Shown in pieces: positions 24,279 to 32,454 of a DNA stretch of 64,000 bases. Made by a program: the position numbers and the translations under genes. The notes under the pieces are model-generated. The model saw only the letters and a program-made list of their open reading frames with translations. It searched no databases and was not told the origin of the DNA. Location: IMG/VR virus record IMGVR_UViG_3300045988_034528, one strand, 5' to 3'. Numbering within the stretch: the stretch's first letter is position 1; each line of letters begins with the position of its first letter. Source of the stretch: a virus.

Positions 24279-25316
24279 ATGGCTGTCAGTAAAGGTGAAT
24301 CTTCTGTTACTTTAAGTGACATCCTAGAGAAGACAACAGAGGCAAATATTCTGTCATTCTATCTAGGAGTCACTGAAATTCCTTGTATTATACATAGCCC
24401 TCTTAGGAAAGATAATAGACCATCATTTGGTCTATACTCTCCTAATGGAAAGAGAATATATTTTGTAGACTTTGCAACCAAGGATAGAGGAGGTATATTT
24501 GACCTCCTTTGTCAGATGTGGGGATGCAGCTACAAGGAAGTCTTAATAAGAATAAACAAGGATATACCAAAGCTCTGCTCTATAGGAACACCTAATGTTC
24601 ATAAACATATTCCATGTACTGTAAGAAGTACCATTGAATGTAAAAAAAGCACTGACTTACAATGTAAAGTCAGAGATTGGGCATCTTATGATGTTGAATA
24701 TTGGGAATCTTATGGAATAAGTCTTGATTGGTTGAAGTATGCAGAAGTTTATCCCATATCACATAAAATTATTATTAAAAATGGTAATAAATATGTGTTT
24801 AAAGCTGACAAATATGCTTATGCTTATGTTGAACATAAAGAAGGAAAGGTTACTTTAAAAGTATATCAACCATTTAATAAAGATGGTTATAAATGGAGTA
24901 GCAATATTGATAGGTCAGTATGGAGTCTTTGGACTAAAATACCTAAGTTTGGGAATAATCTTATAATATCTTCTTCAGTAAAGGATTGCTTAAATATTAT
25001 GTGTAACTTAGGCATTCCAGCTATATGTATGCAGGGGGAGGGGTATAAGCCCAAACCTCAAATTATTGAAGAGCTAAAGAGCAGATACAAGAATATTATT
25101 CTATTCTATGACAATGATTATAACAATCCAGATAATCCTGGGAAAAAAGATAGTATGGAACTATCACTAGAGTATAATCTAAAAAGAGTAGAGATACCTG
25201 TAAAGTATGAATCCAAAGACCCATCTGATTTATTCAAGAAGTATGGAAGAGATAGGTATTTAGAAATAATGAATGAAATCCTTAAAGATTTATTATGGAA
25301 GAATGGAGACCAATAG
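24279..25316 (+). CDS. DnaG-like primase (degenerate zinc-binding region plus TOPRIM-like domain)
   Basis: CIIHSPLRKDNRPSFGLYSPNGKRIYFVDFATKDRGGIFDLL mirrors the DnaG segment CPFH.EKTPSF....y.CFGCG.gGd.i.F. The C-terminal ILFYDNDYNNPDNPGKK fits the TOPRIM DxD. Confidence 0.65.
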   Translation: MAVSKGESSVTLSDILEKTTEANILSFYLGVTEIPCIIHSPLRKDNRPSFGLYSPNGKRIYFVDFATKDRGGIFDLLCQMWGCSYKEVLIRINKDIPKLCSIGTPNVHKHIPCTVRSTIECKKSTDLQCKVRDWASYDVEYWESYGISLDWLKYAEVYPISHKIIIKNGNKYVFKADKYAYAYVEHKEGKVTLKVYQPFNKDGYKWSSNIDRSVWSLWTKIPKFGNNLIISSSVKDCLNIMCNLGIPAICMQGEGYKPKPQIIEELKSRYKNIILFYDNDYNNPDNPGKKDSMELSLEYNLKRVEIPVKYESKDPSDLFKKYGRDRYLEIMNEILKDLLWKNGDQ

Positions 25317-25855
25317 AGGGGTATGAATATTATGAGGTTAGTAATCTAGGCAGAGTGAGAAGTTGGGTAGATAATAGATGGAGAAGAAGAAGTTCCCCTA
25401 AAGTACTATCTCCTCACAGACTAACCAAAGGATATTTAGGAGTATCTCTAAGTAGTGCTCCAAATGTTAGTAAAACTATAAAAGTACATAGACTAGTAGC
25501 TAAGGCATTTATCCCTAATCCTAATAATTTACCTATAGTAAATTATAAAGATGAAAATAAATCCAATAACTGTGTTTCCAATTTGGAATGGTGTACTAAT
25601 AAATATAATCTTAGTTATGGTACAGCCAGACAGAGAATTTTTGAAACCATTGAAAGAAATGGTGGATATAAGGTAAGACCTATTATACAAAAGGACTTAG
25701 AAGGAAATGTAGTTAAGGAATGGAATAGTGCTACAGAAGCTGCTAGAGAGCTAGGTATTGACTGTGGTAAAATACTAGTCGCTTGTCATAAATCTTATAA
25801 AGGATTTCTTTGGAATTTTAAGGAAAAAGAAAGTATTCAGGATAACATTCAGTAA
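25295..25855 (+). CDS. HNH homing endonuclease (NUMOD4-like N-terminus, HNH core, C-terminal HTH), intact
   Basis: MEEWRPIEGYEYYEVSNLGRVRS...VHRLVAKAFIPNPNNLPIVNYKDENKSNNCVSNLEW...N..YG...SATEAARELG. Overlaps the primase stop by 22 nt. Confidence 0.85.
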   Translation: MEEWRPIEGYEYYEVSNLGRVRSWVDNRWRRRSSPKVLSPHRLTKGYLGVSLSSAPNVSKTIKVHRLVAKAFIPNPNNLPIVNYKDENKSNNCVSNLEWCTNKYNLSYGTARQRIFETIERNGGYKVRPIIQKDLEGNVVKEWNSATEAARELGIDCGKILVACHKSYKGFLWNFKEKESIQDNIQ

Positions 25856-25885
25856 TTAAGTATTAACAATAAAAAACTTAACATT

Positions 25886-26161
25886 ATGGAATCTCGTAAA
25901 ATCACTATCGTATCAACTAAAAATCAAACTAAGAAAGTTATCATGTCCTCTGCTACAACTCTTGCAGAGTTAAAAGCTGATTTGAGACAAAATGGTATTG
26001 ATTACCAAGATATGACCTTCTTTGAAGGTACTTCTAAGGTAGAACTAAAGACAGACAATTCAATTCTTCCTCATGATGTACCTTGGAAGGGTACTATTAC
26101 AAATGAGTTGGTATTCATGCTCACCAATACTAACAAGAAAATTAAAAGCGGAAAATTTTAA
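25886..26161 (+). CDS. hypothetical small protein with a beta-grasp (ubiquitin-like) sequence pattern
   Basis: 91 aa. KITIVSTKN / KKVIMSS / helix TTLAELKADLRQNGI / MTFFEG..VELK / ELVFMLTN alternation resembles a beta-grasp fold. The C-terminus is ...KKIKSGKF. Pattern recognition only. Confidence 0.3.
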   Translation: MESRKITIVSTKNQTKKVIMSSATTLAELKADLRQNGIDYQDMTFFEGTSKVELKTDNSILPHDVPWKGTITNELVFMLTNTNKKIKSGKF

Positions 26162-26207
26162 TATGGAAATTTGAAAGGATGCTATAGGATTTGAAGGACT
26201 TTATAAA

Positions 26208-26681
26208 GTGTCTAATATAGGCAGAATTAAAAACAAAAAGGGTGCAATATTAAGTCCTTATCATAATAACAATGGTTATATTAGTATTGATTTGTATAAG
26301 AAAGGTAAAGTATATAAACTAAGAGTACATAGATTAGTAGCTTTAGCTTTTATACCCAATCCAAATAACTTACCTATGGTAAACCATAAGGACGAGAATA
26401 AAACAAACAATAATGTAACTAATCTTGAATGGTGTGACAATTCCTATAATCTTTCTTATGGCTCCAGAACAGAGAAGATGTTTCAATCAAGAAAAGAAAG
26501 AAACAGAAAAACTGCTCAAAAACAGGTAGTACAGCTTGATTTGCAAAATAACATAATAGCAAACTATAATTCTATATCTGAAGCAAGTAGATTTACAGGT
26601 ATAAGTTGTGGAGCTATATGGCAATCTTGTAATCAAGGTTGTATCACTAATAAATCATATAAATGGAAATATAAACAATAA
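26208..26681 (+). CDS. HNH homing endonuclease, N-terminally compromised
   Basis: The ORF as tracked starts at GTG 26208. The same frame begins at ATG 26163 (MEI-TGA-KDAIGFEGLYKVSNIGRIKN), with TGA 26172..26174 sitting where paralogs have the conserved Trp. Confidence 0.7.
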   Translation: MSNIGRIKNKKGAILSPYHNNNGYISIDLYKKGKVYKLRVHRLVALAFIPNPNNLPMVNHKDENKTNNNVTNLEWCDNSYNLSYGSRTEKMFQSRKERNRKTAQKQVVQLDLQNNIIANYNSISEASRFTGISCGAIWQSCNQGCITNKSYKWKYKQ

Positions 26682-26691
26682 AAAAGACATT

Positions 26692-27099
26692 ATGAATACA
26701 AATAATATGACAAGAACCGAGGCATATAATACCATTAAGAGCATGGGTCTTCAAGATGCCTGTTTTAAGAAATTTGGAAAGAATTTCACTATGTGTAAAA
26801 CTGCTGACCTAATTGCACTGATTGAGGCACACAAGGATTCCGAAGAAAAGGTTCCTGTTATACAGCCTGCTCCCATTGCTGCTACACAGCATGAGAGCTA
26901 TGTAGATGTTGCTGCAAGAGCTGCTATTACTAGAATGACAGAAATCCTTGTGAAGAATGGTCAGTTTAATGAGTATGAGAGTGAAGAGGTACTTAGCACC
27001 CTTGGTGGAGCATTAAATGTTACTCTTGTAGAAGATAAGTCTGAGTCTCCTTACTCTGACAATGAGATTGATACTATGTTTGATGACATGGGTATCTAA
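26692..27099 (+). CDS. hypothetical protein with an N-terminal HeH/SAP-like motif
   Basis: The track ORF starts at 26608 inside the HNH gene. ATG 26692 (MNTNNMTRTEAYNTIKSMGLQDACFKKFGKNFTMCKTADLIALIEAHK) is preferred. Confidence 0.6.
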   Translation: MNTNNMTRTEAYNTIKSMGLQDACFKKFGKNFTMCKTADLIALIEAHKDSEEKVPVIQPAPIAATQHESYVDVAARAAITRMTEILVKNGQFNEYESEEVLSTLGGALNVTLVEDKSESPYSDNEIDTMFDDMGI

Positions 27100-27126
27100 A
27101 GATAATAAAAGATTTATGCAATGGTA

Positions 27127-27160
27127 GGTAAGAGATATTATATCTCTTACCTCTTTTTTT
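27127..27160 (+). terminator. rho-independent terminator
   Basis: Perfect 11-bp stem GGTAAGAGATA-TTA-TATCTCTTACC followed by TCTTTTTTT. Confidence 0.85.
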
Positions 27161-27162
27161 AC

Positions 27163-28470
27163 ATGAACATGAGTGAAGAAAATATTAAGCAATTTAATGA
27201 AAGTGTACACCTAATCTATAATGCTATAATGGATAAGCCTCTTCAGGTGCTTAGCATATTCAATGATTTCTTTGGGGTAGATAGAGTTGATATGCAAGGT
27301 GTTTGGAGTGAAGATAGACTAAGGTCCTGGCTTGAAGTAGAACCTATTACTTCATACCTCTATAGAGGTAATTTAGATATATCAACTAGTGACTGGCATA
27401 CATACTCTACTAAGAGTATAATAGATTTGACTCAAAGTGATTTTGAGAGAGTAATTTCATCATTATCTTGTATAGATACGATAAAAAATATTGTTAATAG
27501 TAAGTTTAATAATATATTTATACTTGTACACTTTCCACATGTAAGGGTTACTAATGAACATGATAGGTATGTAGATATTAATCATCTATGGGCTAAGATT
27601 AGAATAACATTTAATGGTACTATGGAAGGTTATTTTGCTCTCAATAGGTCTGAGTACCAAGCTACTCACTTTATGAGTGGTTATATGCACAGTCATGTAA
27701 GTAGTATTCCTAAAAGTGACTTTACTAGGTTTCAGACTCCTTGCACTGGAAATGGGCCTATCAATAGTACTATATCCTCCTTACATGTAGAATTTGATAG
27801 TAACCTTTGGCAACTATTCTGCCTTGAACTCAGTAAATATGTTACTGTTGAATCTATTCAAGGAAGACCTTTTAGGTATCTTGAGAGAATAGGTACTAGT
27901 AATATGGATATGGGAGTATCTTCCTTTATTGTATTTAATGCTCTTAGATACTGGGATGCTTCTTTTGAAAATCCAGACAAGTTAAAAGAGTTTGTCAAAT
28001 ACTTTATTCAAGATAATCATTTGAAGTTTAATTATGTAAATGGCTCCTATTCTATAGGAATGTCTTTCATAGAGTTTATAGTATTGATTAGTAATGAATT
28101 TATCAAATGGTATAATAAACAATTCAATGATAAGAAAGTAACTACTACTTTTGAAAATCTGAAAAGAGGCCGTGTAATTAGAGAGTGTATTATTAGTGGT
28201 AGTAAAATCTATTATAATAACAACCACAGGAACAATGTTAATAATCTCGTTTCTTATATAGGAAAAAAGATTTGCACTTTCAAAGGAACAGAGATTACTC
28301 TTAGTATAGTAGGAGTATCTGAAGTAAATGATGAGAACAAGAGCATTATACTTGACCCTCAGACTGCATTATTTATATTAAGTCAAATCCTCAAAGTATT
28401 AAATTACAGATATGGAAGAGAAACAGCAACTCATACAAACAAAATTGGTACAGAAGTCAGGTACTTATAA
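27163..28470 (+). CDS. hypothetical protein, first gene of the JAB/E1 cassette
   Basis: The track start at 27121 lies inside the terminator hairpin. ATG 27163 or 27169 (MNMSEENIKQF...) is preferred. Contains SGYMHSHVSS and TPCTGNGP. No confident family assignment. Confidence 0.7.
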   Translation: MNMSEENIKQFNESVHLIYNAIMDKPLQVLSIFNDFFGVDRVDMQGVWSEDRLRSWLEVEPITSYLYRGNLDISTSDWHTYSTKSIIDLTQSDFERVISSLSCIDTIKNIVNSKFNNIFILVHFPHVRVTNEHDRYVDINHLWAKIRITFNGTMEGYFALNRSEYQATHFMSGYMHSHVSSIPKSDFTRFQTPCTGNGPINSTISSLHVEFDSNLWQLFCLELSKYVTVESIQGRPFRYLERIGTSNMDMGVSSFIVFNALRYWDASFENPDKLKEFVKYFIQDNHLKFNYVNGSYSIGMSFIEFIVLISNEFIKWYNKQFNDKKVTTTFENLKRGRVIRECIISGSKIYYNNNHRNNVNNLVSYIGKKICTFKGTEITLSIVGVSEVNDENKSIILDPQTALFILSQILKVLNYRYGRETATHTNKIGTEVRYL

Positions 28471-28750
28471 TTATAAGATAGTCATACCAGCTGAAGTTGA
28501 GAAAAAGATAAGATTTACCTGTCAAAGAGTATGGAATACAGAGTGGTCAGGTACATTATTCTTTACATATGAAGGCTCATTTGAAAATAATGACCTTGTA
28601 ATCAGATGTGTTGATATTTACATTATGGATATTGGTACTCAAGCTTATACAGAGTTTGATATGAATCCTGATGTAATTGCATATATGTGTAAAAATCCTG
28701 AGTTATTAGATTGTCAGATGGGGTTAATCCATTCACATAACAATATGTCT
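28412..28750 (+). CDS. JAB/MPN (JAMM) metalloprotease domain protein, exon 1
   Basis: NTEWSGTLFF (conserved Glu) ... GLIHSHNNMS. The HxH of the JAMM motif is followed by an artificial stop two codons later. The motif is completed only after the intron is removed. Confidence 0.7.
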
Positions 28751-28768
28751 AAATAATTTATTTATTTC

Positions 28769-28800
28769 TTTGCATAATTCAAAATATTTTCTTATCTTTG
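28769..28800 (+). promoter_or_regulatory. Bacteroides-type promoter inside the intron, upstream of the LAGLIDADG ORF
   Basis: TTTG-CATAATTCAAAATATTTTCT-TATCTTTG-CA (TTTG, 20 nt, TAnnTTTG), 23 nt before the ATG at 28823. Confidence 0.55.
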
Positions 28801-28822
28801 CAGCATAACAAATAAAAAAGCT

Positions 28823-29719
28823 ATGCTGAACATCAAAGATTACAAAGAGCAAATTGTAGATTTATATCAAAAAGGTAAAACTGCTAAAGAAATCAGTTCT
28901 ATATTAGGATTTAAGTATCATCAGCCAGTTTATAATTTCTTTAAAAAAATGGGCTGGGAAAGAAATGGTAAAACAGGTAAAAGAATCTATAAGGTAAATG
29001 AGCAATTTTTCAATAATATAAACACTGAGGAAAAAGCTTATATACTAGGTTTTATATGTGCTGATGGACATATAGAAAAGGATAGATTAAATGTAACTGT
29101 AGCTATAAAAGATAAGGATATACTTGAAAAGATTAGAAAAGCTATGCAATCTAATCATCCTATAAAAGAAGTAAAAAGAACTAATCCATATAATAAAACT
29201 AACAGGAAAACTCTTACACTTGCAGAATTAATGATAGGCAGTGTTGAGGTAGTTAAACCATTATTTAAGATGGGATTAACTACTAATAAGTCTTATACAC
29301 TAAATGGGGATATAGTAAAATATATTCCGAAATATTTAATTAGAGATTTCCTAAGAGGTTATTTTGATGGAGATGGTAATGTATTCTTTGGCAGAAGATA
29401 CTCCTCTGGGTATAAATATAATATAAATATATGTGGTAATGAAGATTTTCTACTGAAATCATTTCAAACTTACTTCCCAAGTAATAACAAGCTATATAAA
29501 GATTTATATAGCAAGCAATGTTTTGTTTGGAAATTAAGCCAAAGAGATAAAGTAAGAGATTTCATGTATTATCTATATTACAATTCTTCAATTTTTCTAC
29601 AAAGAAAATATAATGAATTTAGAAAAATAATGTGGGCATATAAAACTGGGTTAATTGCTGGAAACTCCTACTCTAATATGCAAAATAGAGGGACAATCAG
29701 CAGCCAATCTATAGATTAA
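28823..29719 (+). CDS. LAGLIDADG homing endonuclease (intron-encoded)
   Basis: Two LAGLIDADG motifs, YILGFICADGHIE and FLRGYFDGDGNVF, plus an N-terminal HTH-like KGKTAKEISSILG. The 3' end overlaps the intron P/Q core elements. Confidence 0.85.
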   Translation: MLNIKDYKEQIVDLYQKGKTAKEISSILGFKYHQPVYNFFKKMGWERNGKTGKRIYKVNEQFFNNINTEEKAYILGFICADGHIEKDRLNVTVAIKDKDILEKIRKAMQSNHPIKEVKRTNPYNKTNRKTLTLAELMIGSVEVVKPLFKMGLTTNKSYTLNGDIVKYIPKYLIRDFLRGYFDGDGNVFFGRRYSSGYKYNINICGNEDFLLKSFQTYFPSNNKLYKDLYSKQCFVWKLSQRDKVRDFMYYLYYNSSIFLQRKYNEFRKIMWAYKTGLIAGNSYSNMQNRGTISSQSID

Positions 29720-29879
29720 ATGTTTATAGCAGGTTCAACGACTAACAGGTGAAACTATAGAAATATAGAATATAATCCTGACACGAAATCCCAGCACATA
29801 GAAATATGTGAAGATATAGTCTGAACACTATAGTAATATAGTGAACATAGGGATAAAGAGCCTTATGGGTAACAAAATG

Positions 29880-30752
29880 ACATTTTTTAGTGGAACAGAT
29901 ACTGCTACATTAAAAGAAGAAGGTAGGGATAGGAATAATTTTGTGTCTCTTATTGTCAATAATGAAGGTACTTATACTGCTGCTATTACTAGAAAAGTTA
30001 AAAGATATAGCCAAATTAAAGATATATTAGTATATGAATTTTTTGGTGATGGAGAGAAACAAGACACAAAAGAATATACTCAAGATGGGATAGATGAGAT
30101 TGAATGGTTTTATCTTAAAATAGAGAAAGAAGGAGATAATTATTCCTTTTCAGACATAACAACAAGACTTGAGGAAATCAAGCAAGCTAAAGCAGAAAGG
30201 GCAAAGAAAGTTCAGACACCTATATATCAAGGTAGTTATAAGCCTGTTATTGCTAATTCCTATAGTATAAAAGCAGGCCCAGCAAATCTTACCAAGAAAG
30301 AAGTTGATAAGCCAAAAATAATCCAAACTTCTCTCTTTGATGATATAGATGACTTGCCATTTGAAGAAAGGTATGACATACCTTATGGTCAAGTATCATT
30401 TGATAAGTCTACCTTGAAATCTCTTGTACTTCAACTGATTACAGGTAGTATTATTATTTCCAATGATAGTAAGATTAACATTACTAAATGGGCTAATTCA
30501 ATGCCTACACTATATGAAAAGAGGTTTGGTAATGGTGAAGAAGGTATGAAAAATTTCAAAATGTGGGCAGATACCTATACAGATTATCTGACATGGTATG
30601 TGACAGATGAGAAATTAGAAGAGCTTGGCTTTGATGAAACAGAAATTTGTGCTATTTGTGCTCATGATATGATTGAGGAATTAACCAAGCTCCCTGAAAA
30701 TGAATATATTAAAGGATTTATTGATGTACTTCAAAAGTATTTAGTATTATGA
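29880..30752 (+). CDS. JAB/MPN protein, exon 2 (rest of the JAMM motif plus a ~280-aa C-terminal region)
   Basis: Begins TFFSGTDTATLKEEG (the S-x2-D of JAMM). The track ORF start (GTG 29841) is intron sequence. The stop overlaps the E1-like start (ATGA). Confidence 0.7.
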   Translation, partial: TFFSGTDTATLKEEGRDRNNFVSLIVNNEGTYTAAITRKVKRYSQIKDILVYEFFGDGEKQDTKEYTQDGIDEIEWFYLKIEKEGDNYSFSDITTRLEEIKQAKAERAKKVQTPIYQGSYKPVIANSYSIKAGPANLTKKEVDKPKIIQTSLFDDIDDLPFEERYDIPYGQVSFDKSTLKSLVLQLITGSIIISNDSKINITKWANSMPTLYEKRFGNGEEGMKNFKMWADTYTDYLTWYVTDEKLEELGFDETEICAICAHDMIEELTKLPENEYIKGFIDVLQKYLVL

Positions 30753-31669
30753 CAACTAGTGAAATAGAAGACAGAGTAGCAGAATCTGAAAGAGCTTTAG
30801 AAGAAGCTATTGAAGAGTTCAACTCTGTAGAGGAGTATGAAGAGGCTCTTCAGAATCTTGATAATGATTCACCTTTGACAGAGGAAGAACAGGCTATTCT
30901 TGACCAAGCTGTAGAGGAAGCACATCAGGAGATACCTGTAAATTCTGAAACTTTGCTTGTGGATGAAGCTACTAGTAGGTTCAGCTCTGCTATTTGGTAT
31001 GAAAAGATACAGGAAAAGACTATTGTTCTTGCAGGTGTAGGAGGTATTGGCAGTTATGTTGGATTCCTACTTGCAAGGATGAAGCCGGCTTCTATGTTTA
31101 TTTATGATGATGATATAGTAGAAGCTGTTAATATGTCAGGTCAGTTATATGGTCAGAATGATATTGGAGTTGCTAAAGTAACTGCCCTTGCAAATATGGT
31201 TAGGAATTATGCTAACTATAATAGTGTATTTGCTATAGCTGAAAGATTTACTTCTGAATGTGAACCTACAGATATTATGATTTGTGGGTTTGATAATATG
31301 GAAGCTAGAAGAGTATTCTTTACAAAGTGGACTGAGTATGTTTATAGCAAGCCTAAGGAGGAAAGAAAGAATTGTTTGTTTATTGATGGTAGATTGGCAG
31401 CAGAAGAGTTTCAAATATTATGTATTAGAGGAGACGATGAATTTAATATCCACAGGTATAATAATGAATTTTTATTCTCTGATGCAGAAGCTGATGAAAC
31501 TATTTGCTCTTATAAACAAACTACCTTCTGTGCAAATATGATTGCTTCTTACATGGTTAATTTGTTTGTAAACTTCTGTGCTAACCAATGTAACCCTATT
31601 ATTGACAGAGACCTGCCATTCCTTACTACATATAATGCAGAAACAATATATTTTAAAACCGAAGCATAA
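30749..31669 (+). CDS. E1-like adenylyltransferase (ThiF/MoeB/UBA family)
   Basis: IVLAGVGGIGSYVGFLLARM (GxGxxG Rossmann), IYDDDIVEAVNMSGQLY (equivalent to D.D.Ve.sNL.RQ), ICGFDNMEARRVF. Acidic ~75-aa N-terminal extension. Confidence 0.8.
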   Translation: MTTSEIEDRVAESERALEEAIEEFNSVEEYEEALQNLDNDSPLTEEEQAILDQAVEEAHQEIPVNSETLLVDEATSRFSSAIWYEKIQEKTIVLAGVGGIGSYVGFLLARMKPASMFIYDDDIVEAVNMSGQLYGQNDIGVAKVTALANMVRNYANYNSVFAIAERFTSECEPTDIMICGFDNMEARRVFFTKWTEYVYSKPKEERKNCLFIDGRLAAEEFQILCIRGDDEFNIHRYNNEFLFSDAEADETICSYKQTTFCANMIASYMVNLFVNFCANQCNPIIDRDLPFLTTYNAETIYFKTEA

Positions 31670-32454
31670 TGGAATTTTCAGATAGATTTGTATATGAAAT
31701 GACTAGACCATTCTATGTTGCCCAATCTACTAACCTTGATACAAGCCTTGAAAGTAGTCTTACTCTTGACAGTAATAATATATTCAGTAGAAGTCTTGTT
31801 GTAGATATTACAGGGGATGATATTGAAATACCTTCGATTGTTAGAGCACCTTGTGAAAACTTTATCAGAAATAATTTAGTTTATAATTTTATACAGAAGG
31901 CAGAGAGAATTATATTACCTCTTTATACAAATAGTAATGATCTAAATAAAAGAACTTTTGACAGTATCATTAAAGAGTTCTTTTGTCAAGTATCTTTTAA
32001 TAAAAGATTACTAAAGATTACAACTGCTAAAGGTGAGACTTACTATGGTGGATGTGGACTCATATTAGATGAGAAGTTTAATCCTCTCTTAATGTGTGGA
32101 CTAAAGGCTAGAAAGGTAGTAACAAAGAATAATAAAGGTATAGAATTTGTATCTATGCAATACTATAGGACTATCTGTCGTGTTAGTCCTGTAGTATTTG
32201 CAGAGCCTAATAGGTTAATTAACAAGGGTATTATAAATAAACTAATTCCTCTATATACTACTGAGGACATACAATTTCCAACTTCTAATTCTGGCATTTC
32301 AAATAATCCTAATAGTATGAAAGTAGAAGTGGTTATAGATGATTTTAGTAAGTTTTTCATTACCCCTATTGCACCTACTCCTAGTAAGTGTAGTAATGGT
32401 ACACTTAATAAGTGTCTAAATGACAATATAGAAGACATTCTGGATTTGCTATGA
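31669..32454 (+). CDS. hypothetical protein, coupled to the E1-like and UDG genes
   Basis: 261-aa ORF. TAATG overlap upstream and ATGA overlap downstream. Confidence 0.7.
   Translation: MEFSDRFVYEMTRPFYVAQSTNLDTSLESSLTLDSNNIFSRSLVVDITGDDIEIPSIVRAPCENFIRNNLVYNFIQKAERIILPLYTNSNDLNKRTFDSIIKEFFCQVSFNKRLLKITTAKGETYYGGCGLILDEKFNPLLMCGLKARKVVTKNNKGIEFVSMQYYRTICRVSPVVFAEPNRLINKGIINKLIPLYTTEDIQFPTSNSGISNNPNSMKVEVVIDDFSKFFITPIAPTPSKCSNGTLNKCLNDNIEDILDLL

Larger units (their letters stand above)
28751..29879 (+). mobile_element. group I intron carrying a LAGLIDADG ORF
   Basis: All four classical conserved elements are present in order: P-like AATTGCTGGAAACT (29653..), Q-like AATCAGCAGC (29695..29704), R-like GTTCAACGACTAAC (29733..29746), S-like AAGATATAGTCT (29811..29822). 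The proposed junctions (exon 1 ends in T at 28750, intron ends in G at 29879) restore HSHNNMSTFFSGTD, i.e. HxH-x7-S-x2-D. Boundaries are inferred, +/- a few nt. Confidence 0.8.

Noticed and set aside
21882-24322. Numerous long antisense or alternate-frame ORFs (e.g. 22081..22425, 22791..23142, 23306..23758, 23463..23966, 24071..24322)
   Set aside because: They overlap well-supported plus-strand genes in a locally GC-richer stretch where stops are rarer. Their sequences are Ser/Leu/Pro-rich shadows, and all neighbouring genes are on the plus strand.
26172-26174. Possible genome-wide TGA-to-Trp recoding (genetic code 4), as occurs in some crAss-like phages
   Set aside because: TGA is the functional stop of many tightly coupled genes in this window (ATGA junctions). 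Every long conserved gene is open under the standard code. No tRNA with a UCA, CUA or UUA anticodon was found among the 19 tRNAs.
27121-27162. Track start codon at 27121 for the 449-aa ORF
   Set aside because: Those codons lie within a perfect 11-bp terminator hairpin plus T-run belonging to the upstream gene. The downstream ATGs at 27163 and 27169 are more plausible.
29841-29879. GTG start and the first 13 codons (MNIGIKSLMGNKM) of track ORF 29841..30752
   Set aside because: This stretch lies between the group I S element and the proposed 3' splice site, so it is intron. The protein-coding exon begins at about 29880.
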